From positions 9,990 to 73,989 of the forward strand of contig CAZTJK010000001.1 in assembly GCA_964613715.1 (NCBI GenBank): a stretch of DNA of 64,000 nucleotides, given 5' to 3'. The stretch comes from an uncultured Candidatus Saccharibacteria bacterium. GTDB taxonomy: Bacteria; Patescibacteriota; Minisyncoccia; Phycocordibacterales; GWA1-40-21. This document shows, piece by piece, positions 59,302 through 64,000 of the stretch. How positions within the stretch are numbered: the first letter of the stretch is position 1; each line of letters begins with the position of its first letter. The position numbers were made by a program, and so were the translations under genes. Below the pieces are notes generated by a model, which worked only from the letters and a program-made list of their open reading frames with translations, made no database searches and had not been told where the DNA came from.

Positions 59302-59850
59302 TTATGCTTTTGTATATTCTGCCACAACAACCTTCGGCGCAACGATCACCCGGCCGGCAAGCATATATCCTTTCTTTTTCACTGCAACGATTTTTCCATC
59401 TTCGGATTCCTTGTTAGTCGCGATATGTTCATCGGCCACATGAAATTTCGGATCAAATACTTCGCCCACTGGGTTCATTTCCGCAAAGCCGTTTTCCGAA
59501 AGAATCTTCACAAGCTGCGAGTGTATATACTCGACGCCGATGCGCCAATTCTTGTCTACCTTTTCCCATGCTTCCTTGTTGGCAAATGCCATCTCAAATG
59601 AGTCGAGTACCGGCAAGAGCTCGCCAAGCAGGTTCTCATTGGCATACTTCACCACTTCGAGCTTTTCGCTTTCCATGCGCTTCTTATAGTTTGCAAAGTC
59701 AGCGCGTTCACGCTGCCAACCGGCAAGATTTTCCTGCTTTTCCTGCTCAAGGAGCTTCACTTTTTCTCGAAGCTTCTTCACCAGCTCTTCGGAATTAACA
59801 GTTTCTTCCTCTGTGACAATATCGTCTGTTGTGGTCTCTTTCGGATCCAT
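59302..59850 (-). CDS. grpE: Nucleotide exchange factor GrpE
   Basis: A coiled-coil N-terminus, then ...AEMNPVGEVFDPKFHVADEH.... An extended -10 tgTTATAAT lies upstream on the minus strand. Confidence 0.9.
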   Translation of the reverse strand: MDPKETTTDDIVTEEETVNSEELVKKLREKVKLLEQEKQENLAGWQRERADFANYKKRMESEKLEVVKYANENLLGELLPVLDSFEMAFANKEAWEKVDKNWRIGVEYIHSQLVKILSENGFAEMNPVGEVFDPKFHVADEHIATNKESEDGKIVAVKKKGYMLAGRVIVAPKVVVAEYTKA

Positions 59851-59908
59851 ATTTCAGCCTTATTTTAAGCCATTATAACAGATTTTGATAAAAAAGCAAG
59901 AAAAGTAC

Positions 59909-59937
59909 TTGACAAAAATAATATAGTATGTTAAATT
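59909..59937 (+). promoter_or_regulatory. Sigma-70-type promoter: TTGACA, 16/17-nt spacer, extended -10 TGtTAAATT
   Basis: Near-identical to the promoter at 319-346, sharing aTACTTGACA ... gTATGTTAAA. Confidence 0.6.
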
Positions 59938-59978
59938 TTAAGCAGTTCAGCGGTACTCTATCAAGAAAGGAAAAGGCA

Positions 59979-60095
59979 ATGGACGAAACGTTGACCTTAA
60001 TTGAGAAAGCTGCCCAAGGGGACGACCTCGCTCTCATTGCGCTCGGAATGGAAAAGCCGAACGTCAGTGAGTCTAAGGAAACAACCCCTGGGTGA
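59979..60095 (+). CDS. Small ORF (38 aa) with Shine-Dalgarno sequence; alternatively the coding-like part of a small RNA
   Basis: AGGAAAAGG-n5-ATG. The peptide is MDETLTLIEKAAQGDDLALIALGMEKPNVSESKETTPG. It is flanked by the strong promoter upstream and two tandem terminators downstream. Confidence 0.3.
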   Translation: MDETLTLIEKAAQGDDLALIALGMEKPNVSESKETTPG

Positions 60096-60100
60096 AAACG

Positions 60101-60172
60101 AACCGCATCCCTGCAAGGAGCGGTTTTTTGTTTGCTAAAAAATAAAAACATCCGCTTTTGGCGGGTGTTTTT
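60101..60172. terminator. Two tandem intrinsic terminators (aaccgc...gcggtt-T6, and catccgc-ttttg-gcgggtg-T5); the second is bidirectional and also serves rpsI
   Basis: Hairpins followed by U-runs. The second is flanked by A-rich sequence on the plus strand, which gives a T-run on the minus strand. Confidence 0.65.
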
Positions 60173-60240
60173 CGTATGAGCGTTTGGTCAGGATTTGAAT
60201 TCTCGCCGTCGCTCGAATTCAGCCCCGACCCTGCCTCGCA

Positions 60241-60262
60241 ATCGCATGCAGCTGCATGCGAT
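60241..60262. repeat. Perfect 22-bp palindrome atcgcatgcagctgcatgcgat in the rpsI 3' region
   Basis: Its reverse complement is identical. Imperfect symmetry extends to about 30 bp. A second perfect 8-bp-stem hairpin, cgagcaaa-gtag-tttgctcg, sits at 60291-60310. Confidence 0.8.
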
Positions 60263-60313
60263 ATTGCTGCGGCCATCGAAATGGCTCGCACGAGCAAAGT
60301 AGTTTGCTCGTAC

Positions 60314-60730
60314 TTAGCGTTTCGACCACTGCGGAGCCTTGCGGGCTTTCTTGAGGCCGAATTTGCGGCGCTCCTTGGCGCGCGGGTCGCGCTTCAGATA
60401 GCCTTCCTTCTTGAGCGTTTTGCGGAGCTCTGGATCCATCTCGATCAGGATGCGGGCGATGCCGTGGCGGAGCGCTTCTGCCTGGGAATTCACGCCACCG
60501 CCAGTAATGACTGCGGTAATGGCAAGCGGAGATGGATTTGCCTTGGCAAGGGATTCAAGCGCAGCGATCTGCTGTGCTTCCACCTTGAAATAGTCGCTGA
60601 CACTCTTCCCACCATTGATGGTGACCGACTGCTTTGCAGCTGGCGTTGCGCGCACGCGGGCAACGGAGGTCTTGCGGCGTCCGACTGCTTCGACATATCT
60701 TCCTTCTGATTTTTTCGCGGTTTTTTCCAT
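60314..60730 (-). CDS. rpsI: 30S ribosomal protein S9
   Basis: ...GGGVNSQAEALRHGIARIL...ARKAPQWSKR. Confidence 0.9.
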   Translation of the reverse strand: MEKTAKKSEGRYVEAVGRRKTSVARVRATPAAKQSVTINGGKSVSDYFKVEAQQIAALESLAKANPSPLAITAVITGGGVNSQAEALRHGIARILIEMDPELRKTLKKEGYLKRDPRAKERRKFGLKKARKAPQWSKR

Positions 60731-60737
60731 GGCAGTA

Positions 60738-61091
60738 TTAGTCTTTGATGACGAGATTCTTGATAATGCGGCTCTTCAGCTTGTTGTGCGGGATCATACC
60801 GGAGACAGCGAGCTTGAGGACTGCACCCTTCCCTTTCTTTTCCACAATCTGCTGCATGCTCTTTTCATAGAGACCACCCGGGTAACCGGAATAGCGCTTG
60901 TAGATCTTCTCGGTCATTTTCTTTTCCGGCAAATCGAGCTTTGCGACATTTTCGACAATGACGGATACCGGGAAGACCTTATTGCGCGCATAGTCGGTGC
61001 GGTTCTTGCCGGTAAGAATCACCACGGCTTGTGCCGCGATTCTGCCGAGTTTGCCGCCTGTCGCATCGATGGTATAGGTTTTCTTTTCCAT
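60738..61091 (-). CDS. rplM: 50S ribosomal protein L13
   Basis: MEKKTYTIDATGGKLGRIAAQAV... Confidence 0.9.
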   Translation of the reverse strand: MEKKTYTIDATGGKLGRIAAQAVVILTGKNRTDYARNKVFPVSVIVENVAKLDLPEKKMTEKIYKRYSGYPGGLYEKSMQQIVEKKGKGAVLKLAVSGMIPHNKLKSRIIKNLVIKD

Positions 61092-61101
61092 GGTGATTGT
61101 A

Positions 61102-61449
61102 TTATACGAATTCTATCTGGGCCATTCTCGCGCCGTCGGACAAGCGGGTATTGACCTTTGTCACGCGGGTATAGCCGCCCATGCGGTCCTTGTACTTCGG
61201 CGAGATCGATTTGACGATCTTTGATGCCGCGACCGGGCCAACATATGAAGCAACGAGTCTTGTAGCCGCAAGCGTGCCTGGCTTGCCCTTCGTGACAAGC
61301 TTCTCGACGAATGACTTCAAAACTTTCGCCTTGACCTCGGTCGTCGTGATCTTCTCGTCGCGGATAAGGGAAACAGCGAGCGACTTCACGAGCGCATTCC
61401 GCTGATTTCTCTCTCTGCCCAACTGCTTGATTTTGTTGCCGTGTAACAT
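61102..61449 (-). CDS. rplQ: 50S ribosomal protein L17
   Basis: MLHGNKIKQLGRERNQRNALVKSLA... Confidence 0.9.
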   Translation of the reverse strand: MLHGNKIKQLGRERNQRNALVKSLAVSLIRDEKITTTEVKAKVLKSFVEKLVTKGKPGTLAATRLVASYVGPVAASKIVKSISPKYKDRMGGYTRVTKVNTRLSDGARMAQIEFV

Positions 61450-61458
61450 GGTGATTCG

Positions 61459-62415
61459 TTATTTGAGGGCGATACCTACGTTTGCAAGCGCCTTCTTGAT
61501 TTCCTGAATGCCTTTCGCACCGAGACCGTCGATATCGGTGAGGTCCTTTTCCTTCTTCTTGGCAAGGCCGCCAACCGTGCGGATATTGGCATTTGAAAGC
61601 GCATTGACCGTTCTGACGGAAAGGTCGAGCGTTTCGATGCGCGTCTTCAGGAATTCGGCATCGACTTCCTTTTCATCCGAAGCCTTGTCTGCCTTGGCGA
61701 CCTGCTTTTCCTCTGCCGGCTCTTCGAAGCCGACGACTGCCTTAAGCTGTTCTATCATAATGAAGATGGACTTTTCAAGGGTGTCTTTCGGCGTGATCGA
61801 TCCATCGGTCTCGATCGAGATCTTGAGCTTGTTGAAATCAGTGCGGTCGCCGACGCGCATGTTTTCCACCTCGTAATTGACGCGGCGAATCGGTGTGAAG
61901 ATCGCATCGAGCGCGATGGTGCCGATTTCCACCTTATCCTTCTGGATGATTTCCTTCGGCACGAAACCGAGGCCTTTCTGGATCTTCATTTCAATCGAAA
62001 GGTCAGTCGCCTTGTCGGTAACTGAAGCGATATACTGCTCAGGGTTCAGGACTTCTACTTGGCCCGGCACCTTGATATCAGCTGCGCTGACTTCCTTGAT
62101 TCCCTTTACTTTGAGCTCAACAGTGTATTCTGAATCAGTGGTCACCTTGAAGCGAACTTTCTTCAGATTGAGGATGATATTGATGACATCTTCCTTAACG
62201 CCTTTCAGGGTCGAGAACTCATGATCGACGCCGCCGATTTTTACTGCCGTGATCGCAACGCCGGGAATGGATGAGAGGATGATCCTGCGGAGCGAATTAC
62301 CGAGGGTGTGGCCATAGCCAGGATAGAGGCCGTCGATCTCATAGACGCCGGACATGCCGTCTTCCGAGACGATCTTTGGCTTTGAAGGCAACAATATTTT
62401 GTATGACTCAGACAT
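61459..62415 (-). CDS. rpoA: DNA-directed RNA polymerase subunit alpha
   Basis: N-terminal domain LKPSKPKIV-like (MSESYKILLPSKPKIVSE) and a C-terminal domain with an HhH motif. Confidence 0.9.
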   Translation of the reverse strand: MSESYKILLPSKPKIVSEDGMSGVYEIDGLYPGYGHTLGNSLRRIILSSIPGVAITAVKIGGVDHEFSTLKGVKEDVINIILNLKKVRFKVTTDSEYTVELKVKGIKEVSAADIKVPGQVEVLNPEQYIASVTDKATDLSIEMKIQKGLGFVPKEIIQKDKVEIGTIALDAIFTPIRRVNYEVENMRVGDRTDFNKLKISIETDGSITPKDTLEKSIFIMIEQLKAVVGFEEPAEEKQVAKADKASDEKEVDAEFLKTRIETLDLSVRTVNALSNANIRTVGGLAKKKEKDLTDIDGLGAKGIQEIKKALANVGIALK

Positions 62416-62475
62416 ATGTATTATGTTATTTATAGTATGAAAAGTTTACGCGACGACGAAACTTCTTTTAATAAT

Positions 62476-63078
62476 TTATCTGCTGTAATACTGGAAAATC
62501 TGCGATACATCGAATGACACTTCGTTTGCGGCCATTTTCGGCATACCCTGCACTTTCGCCTCCCGCTTCGCCATGTCAAATGACAGCCATGACGGCACCT
62601 TATGTTCCTTCATCTTTTCTTCGAGATTATTGAATAATGCTTTCTGCTTGCTCGAATCGCGGATAGTGATGACATCGCCAATGGAAACGACGGATGACGG
62701 AATGGTCTGGCGCTTGCCGTTGACATTGATATGACCGTGGCTGACCATCTGGCGCGCTGCCTGGCGGGTCGATGCGAGGCCGAGGCGGTACATGACATTG
62801 TCGAGGCGGGTTTCAAGACGTGCAATGAGTGCTTCGGTCATATTGGCCGATTTGCTGTTGATGACGCGCTCGACGATGTTCTTGAACTGGCGCTCGCCGA
62901 TGCCGTAGGTGGCGCGGGCGCGCTGCTTTTCAATGAGCTTCATGCCGAAATCAGATCCTGGGCGGCGTGGCTTTGCCTTGCCGGTCTCGCTGCGCAGGGC
63001 GAATTTCTTGCCTTGCGTCTTTTCAAAAACGCTTGCTCCCAGTCTGCGTGCTATTTTGTATCGTTTTCCTGTTATCAT
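62476..63078 (-). CDS. rpsD: 30S ribosomal protein S4
   Basis: MITGKRYKIARRLGASV... and an S4 RNA-binding domain. Confidence 0.9.
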   Translation of the reverse strand: MITGKRYKIARRLGASVFEKTQGKKFALRSETGKAKPRRPGSDFGMKLIEKQRARATYGIGERQFKNIVERVINSKSANMTEALIARLETRLDNVMYRLGLASTRQAARQMVSHGHINVNGKRQTIPSSVVSIGDVITIRDSSKQKALFNNLEEKMKEHKVPSWLSFDMAKREAKVQGMPKMAANEVSFDVSQIFQYYSR

Positions 63079-63083
63079 ATGTT

Positions 63084-63515
63084 TTATACTCTGCGAGGCT
63101 TCTTCGGCTGCGGACCATTGTGCGGCACTGGCGTCTCATCCTTTATATTCGTAATATTGACCGGCACTTTCGAAATGAAACCGCGGATCGCCGACTCGCG
63201 GCCGGAGCCAACGCCTTTGACCACTACGTCGAGCTCCTTCATGCCGAAATCCATGGCCTTCTCGCCAAGGACTTCGCCGACTTTCGCAGCTGCAAATGGC
63301 GTGCCTTTCTTTGCACCCTTGAAGCCGAGCGCGCCTGCGCTTGATGCTAGAAGCACATTGCCATGCTTGTCAGCCACGGAAACCATCGTGTTGTTATATG
63401 TCGATTGCACGAACAAGATGCCCGCTTCGACGCGCTTTTTCGACGACTTCTTTTCCGGAGCAGCCTTTGCCGCTTCGTTCTTTTCGTCTGTTTTTACTAT
63501 TCGTTTCTTACCCAT
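63084..63515 (-). CDS. rpsK: 30S ribosomal protein S11
   Basis: ...GILFVQSTYNNTMVSVADKHGNVLLASSAGALGFKG... Confidence 0.9.
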   Translation of the reverse strand: MGKKRIVKTDEKNEAAKAAPEKKSSKKRVEAGILFVQSTYNNTMVSVADKHGNVLLASSAGALGFKGAKKGTPFAAAKVGEVLGEKAMDFGMKELDVVVKGVGSGRESAIRGFISKVPVNITNIKDETPVPHNGPQPKKPRRV

Positions 63516-63536
63516 TGGTCGTTTGAATATTAAATT

Positions 63537-63917
63537 TTATTTCTTTTCTGCCGCCTTGCGTCCCGTGCCCATCGTCTTTCTGGTATTGCCGCGGAGGGTG
63601 CGGGAGTTTGTCTTTGTCCGCTGGCCGCGCGACGGGAGCTTTCTGATATGCCGGATACCGCGGTAGCTCTTGATATCCTTGAGGCGCTTGATATTGGCGC
63701 CGACTTCACGCTTGAGATCGCCTTCGATCTTACGGCTTTCGACGATTTTTCTGATTTTTGCCTCTTCGTCGGCATTGATCTCGCCCGGCTTCTTGTCCGG
63801 ATTCACTTTCGCCTGGACGAGGATATTGTAAGCAAGCGGAAGGCCGATGCCGTAGAGCACCGTGAGGCCGACTTTGAGTCTTTTATTTTCTGGGATGGTG
63901 ATACCTGCTATACGCAT
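63537..63917 (-). CDS. rpsM: 30S ribosomal protein S13
   Basis: Start set at MRIAGITIPENKR. The track ORF extends to a TTG at 63935. Confidence 0.9.
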   Translation of the reverse strand: MRIAGITIPENKRLKVGLTVLYGIGLPLAYNILVQAKVNPDKKPGEINADEEAKIRKIVESRKIEGDLKREVGANIKRLKDIKSYRGIRHIRKLPSRGQRTKTNSRTLRGNTRKTMGTGRKAAEKK

Positions 63918-63974
63918 ACAAAATTCACAAGACAATTACATTAGCATTTCTTCCCCATAAAATCAAGGGGATAA

Positions 63975-64000
63975 CTAGCCCTGGCGCTGCTTATGGCGCG
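63975..64000 (-). CDS. rpmJ: 50S ribosomal protein L36, C-terminal 8 codons only (gene continues beyond the window edge)
   Basis: The minus-strand frame reads ...RHKQRQG-stop, which is the invariant L36 C-terminus, and sits at the expected position upstream of rpsM. Confidence 0.55.

Noticed and set aside
59851-59950. CIRCE/HrcA operator upstream of grpE
   Set aside because: No TTAGCACTC-N9-GAGTGCTAA-like inverted repeat is present. Only a sigma-70-type extended -10 promoter is seen.
60158-60709. 183-aa plus-strand ORF overlapping rpsI
   Set aside because: It is antisense to ribosomal protein S9, and its 5' part runs through the palindromic 3' region. It is not coding.

Overview
This window is dense, mostly core-genome sequence from what looks like a small-genome bacterium. 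Several proteins are trimmed relative to typical bacterial versions (AspRS without the GAD insertion, a 350-aa DnaX, a zinc-finger-less DnaJ, a ~1075-aa RpoB), which suggests a Patescibacteria/CPR-like or similarly streamlined lineage. GC content is about 50%. About 80 genes can be called. They include the end of the ribosomal-protein alpha operon (rpmJ-rpsM-rpsK-rpsD-rpoA-rplQ) running directly into rplM-rpsI, and a contiguous rpoB-rpoC-dnaG-rpoD block. A 13-gene same-strand string on the minus strand covers trpS, aspS, a HIT protein, a GNAT protein, scpA, scpB, a D,D-carboxypeptidase, mraY, ftsW, murG, gltX and two further genes. Other recognisable genes are grpE-(orf)-dnaK-dnaJ, dnaB-recR, cysS, a dnaX gene preceded by a promoter- and terminator-bounded non-coding region, one tRNA-Gln, an ECF sigma/anti-sigma pair ahead of a MacAB-type efflux operon, a Cas4-like nuclease, and an AddA-like helicase-nuclease. 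No transposase, integrase, reverse transcriptase or CRISPR array is present. The most notable things visible only by reading the sequence are: (i) a ~470-nt promoter-to-terminator region upstream of dnaX with no credible long ORF, a candidate structured RNA; (ii) a second small locus near rpsI/grpE driven by a near-identical promoter (TTGACA-N16/17-TGnTAAAyT); (iii) a pervasive leaderless architecture in which a -10 hexamer ends exactly 7 nt before the ATG of at least 10 genes; (iv) several perfect palindromes and stem-loops in the rpsI 3' region; (v) orphan or minimal enzyme homologues (a 180-aa TrpC-like barrel, two RibD_C/DHFR-like proteins, an 84-aa MGMT active-site domain, a degenerate Ada-like domain). 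All calls are made from the sequence and the ORF track only; no database search was run.
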